Below are positions 1 to 9,714 of a stretch of 64,000 nucleotides of DNA, piece by piece (the first letter of the stretch is position 1; each line of letters opens with the position of its first letter). Where the stretch lies: the NCBI GenBank assembly GCA_001563335.1, contig LRSL01000076.1, forward strand, positions 5,325 to 69,324. The letters are read 5' to 3'. The notes under the pieces are model-generated. The model searched no databases and was not told the origin of the DNA. It was given only the letters and a program-made list of their open reading frames with translations. The translations under genes and the position numbers were made by a program. The DNA is from Candidatus Thorarchaeota archaeon SMTZ1-45 (GTDB taxonomy: Archaea > Asgardarchaeota > Thorarchaeia > Thorarchaeales > Thorarchaeaceae).

Positions 1-1
1 A

Positions 2-217
2 CGCACATGGGATGTCACTGTCACGATTACATACAAAGATGGTAAAGTTGAGAAGATAGAAACACAATCAATCACTGCTCTTACTACGCCACGAGAGGGA
101 AATCTTCTACTAAAGCTTGCTGGCTTTGAAATTCTGGAAGAATATGGGGGTTGGGATTTTACTCCATACAAGCCCGGCTCATGGCGGAGAATTCTAGTCC
201 TTCAAAAGGAAGGTTGA
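2..217 (+). CDS. 3' end of a CDS entering from upstream of the window; the tail resembles class I SAM-dependent methyltransferase C-termini
   Basis: Frame 2 is open from the window edge to TGA at 215-217. Translated tail: ...TITYKDGKVEKIETQSITALTTPREGNLLLKLAGFEILEEYGGWDFTPYKPGSWRRILVLQKEG. It is absent from the ORF track because its 5' end lies off-window. Confidence 0.35.
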   Translation, partial: RTWDVTVTITYKDGKVEKIETQSITALTTPREGNLLLKLAGFEILEEYGGWDFTPYKPGSWRRILVLQKEG

Positions 218-222
218 TTTGA

Positions 223-621
223 TTACTTAATTCTTCGGACCTCTAAAAGGAGTGTCAGTAGAATCGCATTGATCATCCCCACGATAATATAGTAGATACC
301 AAGTAGTTCAAATGAAGGTTGAAGTATCCAGAAGAATCCGACAATCAGAGAGAAAAGAAGTGCAAGTATCGCTACTACAAGGGAAGCTGAAATGCTATCA
401 TCCACTCTCTGCATCACAACTCTTGTGACAAGCATTTGGATGAATCCGAGGACATAGAGGGTGCCCATGATGACCAACCATTCGATGTCTATGCTCAGTC
501 CTCCGACAAACACTATGAGACTACCGATGGTTAGAATCGCAGAGAGAACTTGCAGCACCAATGCTCTACCAATAAGAGAATTTACTGTGATAGTAGGTCT
601 ATATGACATTAATCTTCCCAA
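223..621 (-). CDS. Small integral membrane protein (about 4 TM helices), function unknown
   Basis: 132-aa ORF with four long hydrophobic segments (e.g. ALVLQVLSAILTIGSLIVFVGGL, LVVAILALLFSLIVGFFWIL). No recognisable catalytic motif. Confidence 0.6.
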   Translation of the reverse strand: MGRLMSYRPTITVNSLIGRALVLQVLSAILTIGSLIVFVGGLSIDIEWLVIMGTLYVLGFIQMLVTRVVMQRVDDSISASLVVAILALLFSLIVGFFWILQPSFELLGIYYIIVGMINAILLTLLLEVRRIK

Positions 622-871
622 CCTTGAGAGCGGGACTTCTCGATATCACTTTAACATTTTCACCTACGCGAATTATCGTTACAGTTATATCCCTAGACCG
701 TGCTGAAGCGTTAACCTACTTTGCTGAAGGCGGGAAAAGAACTCAACGAAAGAAACGACAGAACACTAGTTTCAAAGGTCGCCAATGCGAGACACTCGAG
801 AGTAGAGTATCTCACATCTTTTGCAGATTTTCCGCGTCACTTTAGAGTAGGTTATCAACATCCAAAGGAGT

Positions 872-2935
872 GTGACTAAACTGAGTAATTACCCAACCAA
901 AGATCCAGTGCTTGTGACATGCGGACTTCCATATGCAAGCGGTCAGATGCACATTGGTCACCTCAGGACCTACGTGCCTGCTGACGTGTTTGTCAGACTC
1001 CTAAGGAAAATGCGAACAGATGTGGTCTTCATCTGCGGTTCTGATACCCACGGAACACCAGTTCTCACAACAGCAGAGGCGGAGGGTCTGACACCAAAGG
1101 AAACATACGAGAAGTATAACAAACATTACTTGGAAACCTTCCCTAGATTAAACATCAACTTCGATAACTATGCTACGACAGATGATCCTGAGAATCATGC
1201 TCGAACAATCCAGATTGTAAAAGAGCTTCAGAAGAATGGATACATCTATTCGAAGGAATTGGAAACCCCATACTGTGAAACCTGCGGCAGATCTCAACCT
1301 GATAGATTTGTACGAGGTGTCTGCCCATACTGTGGTGCTGATGCTCGGGGTGATGAGTGCGACCAAGGTTGTGGCAGATATATTGAACCTGGTCTCATCA
1401 TCGACCCTCGTTGTGTTGTCTGCGGTAATCCGACTATTCCTGTAACGCGTACACATTACTTCCTAAAGCTGAGTGCCTTCGAAGACTTTCTCAAAGAATA
1501 CTTGGAGCAAGTCGATGGTACAAAGAATGCAAAGAACTATGCTCTTGGCTGGGTAAAAGAGGGTCTCAAAGACTGGTGCATCACGAGAGACCTTGACTGG
1601 GGAGTCAAGTTCCCTGGTTCAGAGGACCTTGTACTATATGTGTGGGTGGATGCTCCCGTAGGCTACATGTCGAGTACAGAGATCTGGGCGAAGAAGATAG
1701 GCAAGCCTAAGGAATGGGAGAAATACTGGAAACCAGGTAAGGGTAGACTTGTCCACTACATAGGTCAGGACATTGTCTATCACCACTGCATATTCTGGCC
1801 ATCGATGTTGAAGGGCAGTGGCTACAACCTCCCCTTCGCAATTGTAGCCTCAGGAATGGTTAAGGTTGAGGGACATAAGTTTAGCAGAAGCCGTGGATAT
1901 CTTGTGTGGATTCTGGAGGACTATCTCGATAGAGGTCTTGATCCCGATTATCTCAGATACTATATGGCTTCCTATACATCTCAGACAAAGGACCTTGATT
2001 TCAGCTGGGAAACTTATACAGATAAGGTTAACAATGAGCTTGTGGCTACCATTGGAAACTTTCTCTATCGAGGACTATACTTCACTCAAAAACATTTCAA
2101 AGAGGTTCCTACGGGCACTCTCGACCCCTCATTGAAGAAAGAGATAGAATCCTCAATTACTACGATTGTTAGTGCTGTTAATGAGTATGAATTAAAGAAG
2201 GTAGCTGACGAGATACTACGATTAGCATCGATAGGCAACAATTACTTCCAGTCGCAGGAGCCTTGGAGTCTGATTAAAGAAGATAAGGTGAAAGCTGGAA
2301 ACGTATTGTTCAATTCGCTAGCTCTCGCGAAAGCACTCGCAATCTTCATCGAGCCATTTATGCCTACTGTTGCTGAGAAAGTCTGGGATCAGCTAGGGTT
2401 CGAACCAACAACAATTCATGACGTTGCTCTTGAGGACGCTTTGGTTCCCCTCAAGGTGGGTGCAAAGTTTGGTAAAATAAAACCTGTAATATCAAAGATT
2501 GAAGATGACCAGTTAGTAGACCTCAAACACATCATTAAAGACAGAGTAAAAGCTGCTGATGCAAAGCAGAACGGCAAGGTGAAAGTAAAATTGGTACCTA
2601 TCAAGGAAACGATATCATTTGATGATTTCCAGAGGATAGACCTCAGAGCAGGCAAGATTCTGAAATGTGAGAAGATTGAAGGCAAGGACCGGCTTCTACG
2701 CATTGAGGTTGATATAGGGACAGAAAAACGAACCATGGCAACAGGACTTGGACATCTCTATAAGCCGGAGGAGCTTGAGGGTATGACTGCTTTGTTCTTG
2801 GTGAATCTCGAACCCAAGAAGATTGGAGGCGTTGAGAGTCATGGCATGATTCTTGCTGTAGAACGAGCAGACAAAGAAGGTGCTTGGGTACCTGTAAAGC
2901 TCGAGAATCTTCCTCCTGGAAGCAAAGCTGCATAG
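872..2935 (+). CDS. metG: Methionine--tRNA ligase with a C-terminal EMAP/Trbp111-type tRNA-binding domain
   Basis: HIGH-type motif (GQMHIGHLRTY). Zinc knuckles CETCG..CPYCG and CVVCG. KMSKS-equivalent loop (KFSRSRG). C-terminal OB-fold tail DLRAGKILKCEKIEGKDRLLRIEVDIG...GMIL. 687 aa, GTG start per ORF track. Confidence 0.95.
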   Translation: MTKLSNYPTKDPVLVTCGLPYASGQMHIGHLRTYVPADVFVRLLRKMRTDVVFICGSDTHGTPVLTTAEAEGLTPKETYEKYNKHYLETFPRLNINFDNYATTDDPENHARTIQIVKELQKNGYIYSKELETPYCETCGRSQPDRFVRGVCPYCGADARGDECDQGCGRYIEPGLIIDPRCVVCGNPTIPVTRTHYFLKLSAFEDFLKEYLEQVDGTKNAKNYALGWVKEGLKDWCITRDLDWGVKFPGSEDLVLYVWVDAPVGYMSSTEIWAKKIGKPKEWEKYWKPGKGRLVHYIGQDIVYHHCIFWPSMLKGSGYNLPFAIVASGMVKVEGHKFSRSRGYLVWILEDYLDRGLDPDYLRYYMASYTSQTKDLDFSWETYTDKVNNELVATIGNFLYRGLYFTQKHFKEVPTGTLDPSLKKEIESSITTIVSAVNEYELKKVADEILRLASIGNNYFQSQEPWSLIKEDKVKAGNVLFNSLALAKALAIFIEPFMPTVAEKVWDQLGFEPTTIHDVALEDALVPLKVGAKFGKIKPVISKIEDDQLVDLKHIIKDRVKAADAKQNGKVKVKLVPIKETISFDDFQRIDLRAGKILKCEKIEGKDRLLRIEVDIGTEKRTMATGLGHLYKPEELEGMTALFLVNLEPKKIGGVESHGMILAVERADKEGAWVPVKLENLPPGSKAA

Positions 2936-2947
2936 ACTAACGAGTTG

Positions 2948-2971
2948 GAGATAGCATTTGACTGCTATCTC
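2948..2971 (+). terminator. Hairpin plus T-run downstream of metG
   Basis: GAGATAGCA-tttgac-TGCTATCTC (9-bp perfect stem), followed by tattagcattttt. Confidence 0.45.
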
Positions 2972-3055
2972 TATTAGCATTTTTAGTCCTAGTTTCGTTT
3001 AGAGTTAATTTCTGAAAGGCATCTAGCAAACCAAACCAGCCACAAGAGTTATATA

Positions 3056-3069
3056 TTAACAATTGTTAA
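3056..3069. promoter_or_regulatory. Copy 1 of the recurrent palindrome TTAACAATTGTTAA (operator-like), overlapping an AT-rich TATA-like stretch upstream of the ABC exporter operon
   Basis: Perfect 14-nt palindrome. The left-extended 17-mer ATATTAACAATTGTTAA is identical to the copy at 19552. It lies about 50 nt upstream of the ATG at 3118. Confidence 0.4.
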
Positions 3070-3117
3070 ACACAACGTGCGTCTTTTTCGCACGATCTGT
3101 TTCTGAGATGATGGACA

Positions 3118-4911
3118 ATGAAAGTGAATGGAAGTTATAAGCATCAAACTGCAACAGAGTATATACTATCAGGTATGCGAAAGCACCCATTTCTTACCCT
3201 GGGTGCATTCGTACTAACTTTCGTTGCCTCTATCTTCACTGCATTGCCTTTTATCATAGTTGGTCAGGCAATCGATCTCCTACGTCTTGAGGGATTTAGT
3301 TCTGGTTTTGTTTCACTAATTTGGATGATAGTCCTCATTGGACTGGTCTATCTTGCATTCAATTTCATTGCAGGGGCTTCATGGGCGGCTGTGATATCTG
3401 GTTGGGAACGTGACGCAAGACAGGAGCTATTCGAATCACTACAGGATCATAGTATGGCTTTTCATGATCAGATTGATAGTAAGAAGCTTCTATCTATCTC
3501 TATGCAGGATATCAACTGGATACGATGGTCTCTGAATCCAGGCCTCCGAATGATAATTGGCTCATTTGCGACATATGGAATCACTGCTTTCATCCTTTGG
3601 AACATCAGTCAAATATTGAGCTTCATTATGATTGCTGGTCTACCAATCTATCTCTATTTCGCAATTCGATACGCTCAGATTGTTGAACCAGTCAGACGTC
3701 TGAGGGCTGAACGGATGGAGGATCTGACATCAGTTTCTCAAGAGGTCTTTAGAGGTATCGAAGTTGTACGGGCATTTGGTTCTGAAGAGGAAGAGAAGCA
3801 GAAGTTCAGTGATACGAGCCTCAGGTATGCTAGTTCAGTCGAGAAGGAAGGTCGTCTGTCAGCATTCTTCTACCCTCAACTGATACTTATTCTTGTTACA
3901 ACTATCTCTTTCCTCTATGGTGCTACCCTCCTTGTTTCAGGGACAATAAGCGTCGGTGATTTAATTCAGATTCTAACTCTACTCCTTGCTGTTGATGCAC
4001 AGAACTTCATGCTCCCAAGAAATCTTCTTTTGATACGAGGTGCATTCGTGAATGCACAAAGAATCATTGACCTTCTAAATTGGCAAGATCCACTTACTGA
4101 GCCCGAGAAATTTGATGGGCAACTCAATCTAGCAGGAGATATAGTATTCGAGGATGTGTCTTTTAGATATCCGAGTGCGAATGGAAATGGTAGCTCTGCC
4201 CTTAGAAACCTCAACTTTATAATACCTGAGGGGTCGAGAGTTGCACTGATTGGTGGACCAGGAGGCGGCAAGAGTTCGGTTCTGAAGTTGCTTCTCCGGT
4301 TCTATGACCCGACTGAAGGTCGAGTGATGATAGGAGGTACTGACTTGCGTGATGTGCCTTCAGAGGTTGTCAGAAACGCAGTTGGACTGGTTGAGCAAGA
4401 TGTGTTTCTCTTCAAGATGTCTATCAGGGATAACATTGCATATGGATGCGAGAATGCCTCAGATGAATCTATAATAAACGCTGCAAAGAGAGCACAGGCG
4501 CATGAATTCATTGTAGAAACTCCCTCTGGATATGATACAGTTATTGGAGAGCGTGGTATGACTCTCTCTGGTGGTCAACGTCAACGCCTTGCTATTGCAC
4601 GTACCCTTCTCCATAATCCTTCAATTCTTCTTCTTGATGATTCCACGAGCGCAATTGATGCACGAACTGAATACCTCATGCGACGCGCCCTCGATGAAGC
4701 TATGGTTGACAGGACAAGCATAACTGTGACTCAGAGGCTTCGTACACTAATCGAGTCTGATCTAATCATGATAGTAGATAAAGGTCAACTAATCGCTTTT
4801 GGTTCTCATAATGAACTCCTGAGGGACTCTCCTCACTACAGACAGATTTTCGAACAACTTCCTGAAACTCGAAAGATGCTTGAAACAGTACCAATCGTAG
4901 GAGGTGTCTGA
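3118..4911 (+). CDS. ABC exporter fused TMD-NBD subunit 1, carrying the degenerate-site motifs
   Basis: Six-TM N-terminal half. Walker A GGPGGGKSS and signature LSGGQRQR. Walker B is LLLDDSTS (Asp in place of the catalytic Glu). The switch region is TVTQRL (Gln in place of His). Confidence 0.9.
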   Translation: MKVNGSYKHQTATEYILSGMRKHPFLTLGAFVLTFVASIFTALPFIIVGQAIDLLRLEGFSSGFVSLIWMIVLIGLVYLAFNFIAGASWAAVISGWERDARQELFESLQDHSMAFHDQIDSKKLLSISMQDINWIRWSLNPGLRMIIGSFATYGITAFILWNISQILSFIMIAGLPIYLYFAIRYAQIVEPVRRLRAERMEDLTSVSQEVFRGIEVVRAFGSEEEEKQKFSDTSLRYASSVEKEGRLSAFFYPQLILILVTTISFLYGATLLVSGTISVGDLIQILTLLLAVDAQNFMLPRNLLLIRGAFVNAQRIIDLLNWQDPLTEPEKFDGQLNLAGDIVFEDVSFRYPSANGNGSSALRNLNFIIPEGSRVALIGGPGGGKSSVLKLLLRFYDPTEGRVMIGGTDLRDVPSEVVRNAVGLVEQDVFLFKMSIRDNIAYGCENASDESIINAAKRAQAHEFIVETPSGYDTVIGERGMTLSGGQRQRLAIARTLLHNPSILLLDDSTSAIDARTEYLMRRALDEAMVDRTSITVTQRLRTLIESDLIMIVDKGQLIAFGSHNELLRDSPHYRQIFEQLPETRKMLETVPIVGGV

Positions 4912-4913
4912 GT

Positions 4914-6764
4914 ATGAGTCATGATGGTCACACTAGATCAGGGAAAAAGAAGCGAAGTCGACCGATTGGACTTTTACTACGACGTATGGGTGGATACTTC
5001 GCAGGTTTTCGGAGGATTATTATCACTGGCGCGATTCTTGCAATTCTCGCTAGTGCAGTCGATGCAATCAGTCCAATTGTATTATCTCAAGGCATAGATG
5101 CAGCACTCGGAACCACAAATGTTGCTAGCCTTATCATTATGCTGACGCTGGCATATCTTGGACTGCGTTTAGCTTCATGGATTGCTGGGTCATTCTACAC
5201 CCGAGTGATAGCAAAGGCTCAAGCTGGGTTTGTCAACAAGATACAGGAAGACACCTATTCACACCTGATTGATGCAGATTTATCATTCCATAAGAGCGAA
5301 CAGAGTGGAAACGTGACTTCCAGAGTGACCTCAGATACTGACGCTTTGAGCTCTGGAATAGAGGTTTTGATGGATATAGCAAGCCAGTTGGTGCTCCTTG
5401 TCTTGACATTCATTGTACTGTGGGTCACATCTCCAGTGGTTGCGATGACCTCATTGATCACAGTCCCCATCGTAGTGGTAATGGCTGCACTTTATGGAAC
5501 AATAGGTCAGCGAACAATGCTAGCTACACAAAGAGCATATGGTATGGTGTCAGGTCAGATTGCTGAAAATCTAAGTGGAATTCAAATTGCAAAGGCATTC
5601 AATCGGGAGCGTGAAACAAATAGTCACCTGCTTGAGTTGAATAACGAATCATACAAGCATAATTTCCGATTGACATTATTCTTCACATTTCTCTTTCCCA
5701 CTGTTGGCGCAATGAGTGTCTTCATTTTGGCTGCGGTCTTGTTTGTTGGGGCTGGTTTAGCCACAGGAACTGCAGCTGTGCTCAGTATTGGAGAGCTCTT
5801 CCTGGGAGTCATTCTAGTTCAGCGTTTTATGTTTCCACTCTTGATAATTAGTCTTCAAGGCGCACAGATTCAGGCATCTCTAGCTGCAATGGATCGGATA
5901 TCCGATGTCATTGATGCTAAGCCTACTCTTATAGAAGCAAGTGATGCAGTCCCTCTTGACTCATCAAGTGATGGTATTACATTCGAGAATGTTACATTCT
6001 CTTATGTTAATGGAACAGACGTGCTCAAAGATGTGAGCTTTAAGATAGAACCTGGATCTACAGTCGCAATCGTTGGTGCTACTGGAGCAGGAAAAACTAC
6101 CATTACCGCATTAATCAATAGATTCTATGACCCTCCAAAAGGCAGAATCCAAATAGGCGAACAAGACATCTCAAAGGTTACTCTTCGTTCTCTTCATGAT
6201 ACTGTAGCTCTTGTTTCTCAGGAACCATACCTGTTCGATGGCACAGTCATGGAGAATATAAAATATAGCAAACCTGATATCAATGATGATGAGATTAAAC
6301 AACTTTGCCATCTGACAAAGGCTTGTGAGTTTATAGAAACCCTACCAGATGCATACGATTCTCGTGTCTTGGAGGGGGGAAAGAATCTTAGCTCAGGTCA
6401 GAGACAAATGATCACAATAGTGAGAACGCTAGTTGCAAATCCAAGAATACTGATTCTAGATGAAGCCACAAGTAGATTGGATGCCTACTCTGAATCACTT
6501 GTTCAAAAAGCTCAGGAGCGGTTGTTCTCAGGAAGAACTACAATTGTAATCGCCCATCGACTCAGCACAATCGCAAATGCAGATAGAATTCTCGTGTTTG
6601 ATAAAGGTAGGTTGGTTGAGCAGGGTACTCATTCAGAACTACTTCAAACAAAGGGAATCTACGAATCGTTGTACAGGACATACTATGCACATCAGGGGAT
6701 TGAGGAGCTAGACGAAAAACTTCTCGAACAAACCGAAGTGATAGTTGAAGTTAAATCTGCATGA
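4914..6764 (+). CDS. ABC exporter fused TMD-NBD subunit 2, carrying the consensus-site motifs
   Basis: Starts 3 nt after the subunit 1 stop. Walker A GATGAGKTT, Walker B LILDEATS, H-loop IAHRLSTI. The signature is deviant (LSSGQRQM). Confidence 0.9.
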   Translation: MSHDGHTRSGKKKRSRPIGLLLRRMGGYFAGFRRIIITGAILAILASAVDAISPIVLSQGIDAALGTTNVASLIIMLTLAYLGLRLASWIAGSFYTRVIAKAQAGFVNKIQEDTYSHLIDADLSFHKSEQSGNVTSRVTSDTDALSSGIEVLMDIASQLVLLVLTFIVLWVTSPVVAMTSLITVPIVVVMAALYGTIGQRTMLATQRAYGMVSGQIAENLSGIQIAKAFNRERETNSHLLELNNESYKHNFRLTLFFTFLFPTVGAMSVFILAAVLFVGAGLATGTAAVLSIGELFLGVILVQRFMFPLLIISLQGAQIQASLAAMDRISDVIDAKPTLIEASDAVPLDSSSDGITFENVTFSYVNGTDVLKDVSFKIEPGSTVAIVGATGAGKTTITALINRFYDPPKGRIQIGEQDISKVTLRSLHDTVALVSQEPYLFDGTVMENIKYSKPDINDDEIKQLCHLTKACEFIETLPDAYDSRVLEGGKNLSSGQRQMITIVRTLVANPRILILDEATSRLDAYSESLVQKAQERLFSGRTTIVIAHRLSTIANADRILVFDKGRLVEQGTHSELLQTKGIYESLYRTYYAHQGIEELDEKLLEQTEVIVEVKSA

Positions 6765-6881
6765 TATACCGTTGATCTCTCAATCAAATTATACAAGTAT
6801 TTTCAAATCAACTTGATTGAATTCAGTAGGTCACGACATAATTGGTAACTATTCTAAGAGTTCTTATTCATCATCATTTTG

Positions 6882-7832
6882 TTATTTCTTAGTCTTTATC
6901 TCTGATAGTGTTAGATGAATTGATTCCCTTATTGTAAGAAGTTTCTGAGGAATTATCTCCCTGATTCTATTCTCACTGCAAATGGTTTCATGACTTAGTC
7001 CTTCGATTAAAGGACGTGCAATTGATGCTTGAATTGGAGTAATTAGGTTGATCCAATAGCTACTCAATCTCGGTGTTAGAAGAGGTATAGGGACAACCAA
7101 TCTTCTATGGAGTCCTGCCTCTTTTGCGTATACTCTCATCAAATCGTGATATGTTGTGATTTCAGGTCCTCCCATGTCAAATGTATCCCCAACGGTTTCT
7201 GGTTTTTCAAGACATCTGACGAGATATAACACAGTGTCTTCTATTGATATTGGCTGAGTCTTAGTTCTTACCCATCTTGGGGTTATCATTACAGGCAGTC
7301 TGTCAACTAAGTAATGCATGATCTCAAAAGACGCAGAACCCGATCCAATTATCATGGCTGCTTGAAAGGTTGTGACTGGTGTTTTCGATGTTCGGAGTAT
7401 TCTGTCGACTTCTTTTCGAGATAGAAGGTGTTTACTCAGATTGTCTTCCACTTTGCCAAGACCGCTGAAATAAATTATTCTCTTGGTTCCAAGTTCATCT
7501 GCGAGTGACGTAATATTCCTAGCTGCTGTTCTATCCATTTCTTCAAAGTTCTTGCCTGAATACATTGAATGAATTAGGTAGTAAACAACATCACAACCTT
7601 CCATAGCATGTTCCAATTCATCGCGGTTGAAAACATCAACACGAACCGGGTCAAGATTCGTGTGGTTTATCCAAGTTTGCACCAATAGTTTGCTTCTTGT
7701 TCTCCAACCAACGCGTACATTGTATCCCTTATCAAGCAATTTTGGAACAAGCCTTGAACCAACATATCCGGTTGAACCAAGAACCAGAATTTTATACATT
7801 GTAATTTCCTCAGAGTGAAAAAACTGTATCAA
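6882..7832 (-). CDS. NAD(P)-binding NmrA/atypical-SDR family protein
   Basis: Rossmann motif ILVLGSTGYVGSRLVPKLL near the N-terminus. The likely true start is ATG at 7799 (MYKILVLG); the 11 residues upstream in the track ORF are probably not translated. Confidence 0.8.
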   Translation of the reverse strand: MIQFFHSEEITMYKILVLGSTGYVGSRLVPKLLDKGYNVRVGWRTRSKLLVQTWINHTNLDPVRVDVFNRDELEHAMEGCDVVYYLIHSMYSGKNFEEMDRTAARNITSLADELGTKRIIYFSGLGKVEDNLSKHLLSRKEVDRILRTSKTPVTTFQAAMIIGSGSASFEIMHYLVDRLPVMITPRWVRTKTQPISIEDTVLYLVRCLEKPETVGDTFDMGGPEITTYHDLMRVYAKEAGLHRRLVVPIPLLTPRLSSYWINLITPIQASIARPLIEGLSHETICSENRIREIIPQKLLTIRESIHLTLSEIKTKK

Positions 7833-7838
7833 ATCTTA

Positions 7839-8345
7839 CTATTTAGTTCCTAAAATATCTCCAAGGGCAGTTTCAAGAGACTCTGCCTTCTCTTCAGACA
7901 AACCTCCCTGTGTTTCCCAGAGTATTTTTCCCTCTCTATCAATCAAATACACGTAGATTGTTTCCTCTGTCACAATATCCAGAGCTTCTTTGAAGGGATC
8001 TTTGTCGATATATAGTGTGATTGTCCTCTCTCGCGTACCTCTTGACTGAATTCCTGCTCTCATTCCTCCATCGATGAACCGCCTATAGAGCACATTCATC
8101 TTTCGGATGGTTGGAAGCTCATAATAATCCATATTCTCATGGATTTCTATCAATGATTCCAAAAATGGAACCCAACTGTCTACTAATCCTTGTTGCCACT
8201 GTTGAAATGCAACCATTACAATGTTGATCTCCCCTCGAAGTTGGGATGGTATCTCTATCATCTCACGATTGAGATTCTCTGCTTTCAACTGTGGAAAAAC
8301 TCTCATAACATTCACATTCCAATCTTCATTAACAATTGTTATCAA
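7839..8345 (-). CDS. Thioredoxin-fold protein without CxxC, ATP10-like (tentative)
   Basis: FPQLKAENL...IEIP N-terminal pattern and C-terminal YVYLIDREGKILWETQGGLSEEKAESL resemble the ATP10/redoxin-like family signature (YvyLvD..GkIRW..G). The TTG start at 8345 lies inside the palindrome at 8330-8341, so ATG at 8306 (MRVFPQL) is an alternative start. Confidence 0.5.
   Translation of the reverse strand: MITIVNEDWNVNVMRVFPQLKAENLNREMIEIPSQLRGEINIVMVAFQQWQQGLVDSWVPFLESLIEIHENMDYYELPTIRKMNVLYRRFIDGGMRAGIQSRGTRERTITLYIDKDPFKEALDIVTEETIYVYLIDREGKILWETQGGLSEEKAESLETALGDILGTK
8330..8341. promoter_or_regulatory. Copy 2 of the recurrent palindrome (core TAACAATTGTTA; 13/14 match to TTAACAATTGTTAA) in the divergent region between 7839-8345(-) and 8353-8859(+)
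   Basis: Context: aatcttcATTAACAATTGTTATcaatcttc, flanked by the direct repeat aatcttc. It lies 11-24 nt upstream of the ATG at 8353. Confidence 0.4.
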
Positions 8346-8352
8346 TCTTCGG

Positions 8353-8859
8353 ATGAGTCTATTCCAAAGGATTCATCTTACATATTGTTCCACTTTGTTA
8401 GGAGGAATCATCGTGGAGATAAACCCAGAAGTAAAGAAACGCATTAACAAGGTGCTCGATTCTCAGAGCATCGCGGTTCTTGGGACTTCAAATAAAGACG
8501 AACCCTACTCTTGTCTTGTTGGGTTTGCTATAAGTGAGGATTTGAAAGAACTTGTATTTGCGACCATGCGTCAGAGACTGAAATACAAGAATATGATAGC
8601 AAATCCTAGAGTCACTCTCATGATTGATGACCGAGATACACAAGCCAGCGACTTCAATGATACTACATCAATAACAATCGTTGGTTCTGCAAAAGATATG
8701 ACTGGAAATGAACGTGAAAAATATGTATCCATGTTGCTGCAGCGTCAACCAGCTTTGACTGAGTTTGTGAGTTCAGAGGATTGCGCCATCATGAGAGTCA
8801 CAGTAGACAAAATCTATGTTGTGAGTGAGTTTGAATCAGTTGTGAAGATTGGCGTTTAG
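8353..8859 (+). CDS. Pyridoxamine 5'-phosphate oxidase-like FMN-binding split-barrel protein
   Basis: Family-typical pattern: ...SIAVLGTSNKDEPYSCLVGFA...NPRVTLMIDD...ITIVGSAKDM...C-terminal helix. The track ORF starts at 8221, but its first 44 codons overlap the opposite gene. ATG 8353, or GTG 8413 preceded by GGAGG at 8401, are the plausible starts. Confidence 0.7.
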   Translation: MSLFQRIHLTYCSTLLGGIIVEINPEVKKRINKVLDSQSIAVLGTSNKDEPYSCLVGFAISEDLKELVFATMRQRLKYKNMIANPRVTLMIDDRDTQASDFNDTTSITIVGSAKDMTGNEREKYVSMLLQRQPALTEFVSSEDCAIMRVTVDKIYVVSEFESVVKIGV

Positions 8860-9085
8860 CGATTTAATGTTAGCAATGTCCTATCTTGCTACAAATACCA
8901 TTCTTTTTCGGTTTTTATGATTATGAGAATCCTTTAGTAGCATAACATCATAGGAAAACGAGGTGGGCGTCCGCGAAGAATCTTGGTACTTTACATCCAT
9001 TAGTACCACACCCAACTGATTCTTCATTGACGCTCACCCCTTTTGAAGTCATATATTACTTCAGCTAATACAAATTCCCTATAAC

Positions 9086-9664
9086 GTGGATGGAGGAATC
9101 AGATTGTCTAACTCTCTCTACTTTCTTAGACATGCAGAAACTAAGATAGAATTGTCTATACCAGTCCGTGAGTGGTCTATTACAAATGAGGGCATCTTGT
9201 TGACCCGAGAGCTAGCCAAGTCTGATCAACTCAGCGCAATTGATGGAATCATACACTCAAGCGAACCTAAAGCAAGACAGACTGCTGAGATTTTTGCTGA
9301 AGGACTTGATATCCAAATGTATCAAATCTCTGGCTTTGATGAGCTTAGTCGAGAACATGAAGGTAAATTGACGAATGAAGAATATCGAGATCGAGTTAGA
9401 AGAACGCTCACCAATCTGGAGGAAAATGTCATTGGTTGGGAATCTGGAGCTGACGCACTAAAACGATTCGAGGATGCTGTCAAGAAAATAGACATTATGT
9501 TTCATCAGAAAAACATCCTCATTGTTACTCATGGAATAGTGCTCATTCTTTATTTCAGTAAATTGAAAGGGTTACTATCTATCGCTTTTGAGAGATGGAG
9601 TCAGCTAGAATTCCTTGCTTGGGGACTTGTCAGAGATGGCTGTGTTCTTGTGGATATAGTATAA
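9086..9664 (+). CDS. Histidine phosphatase (phosphoglycerate mutase-like) family protein
   Basis: N-terminal LYFLRHAET (RHG-type motif) and a later VTHG motif. An alternative TTG start at 9104 has GGAGG at 9092-9096. Confidence 0.8.
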   Translation: MDGGIRLSNSLYFLRHAETKIELSIPVREWSITNEGILLTRELAKSDQLSAIDGIIHSSEPKARQTAEIFAEGLDIQMYQISGFDELSREHEGKLTNEEYRDRVRRTLTNLEENVIGWESGADALKRFEDAVKKIDIMFHQKNILIVTHGIVLILYFSKLKGLLSIAFERWSQLEFLAWGLVRDGCVLVDIV

Positions 9665-9714
9665 TCACCTAACCTTTTTGAGGGGTGTAAGAATACGAAT
9701 CGGAGTGATTTGTA

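Noticed and set aside
461-845. Two + strand ORFs (81 and 80 aa) between and over the 223-621 gene and the metG upstream region.
   Set aside because: The first is largely the antisense shadow of the membrane-protein gene. Both have odd composition, no SD-like sequence and no motif. The region is treated as the metG promoter/5' region.
8221-8352. N-terminal 44 codons of the track ORF 8221-8859.
   Set aside because: They overlap the start of the oppositely oriented gene and contain the palindromic element. The PNPOx-like domain begins well downstream, so ATG 8353 or GTG 8413 are better starts.
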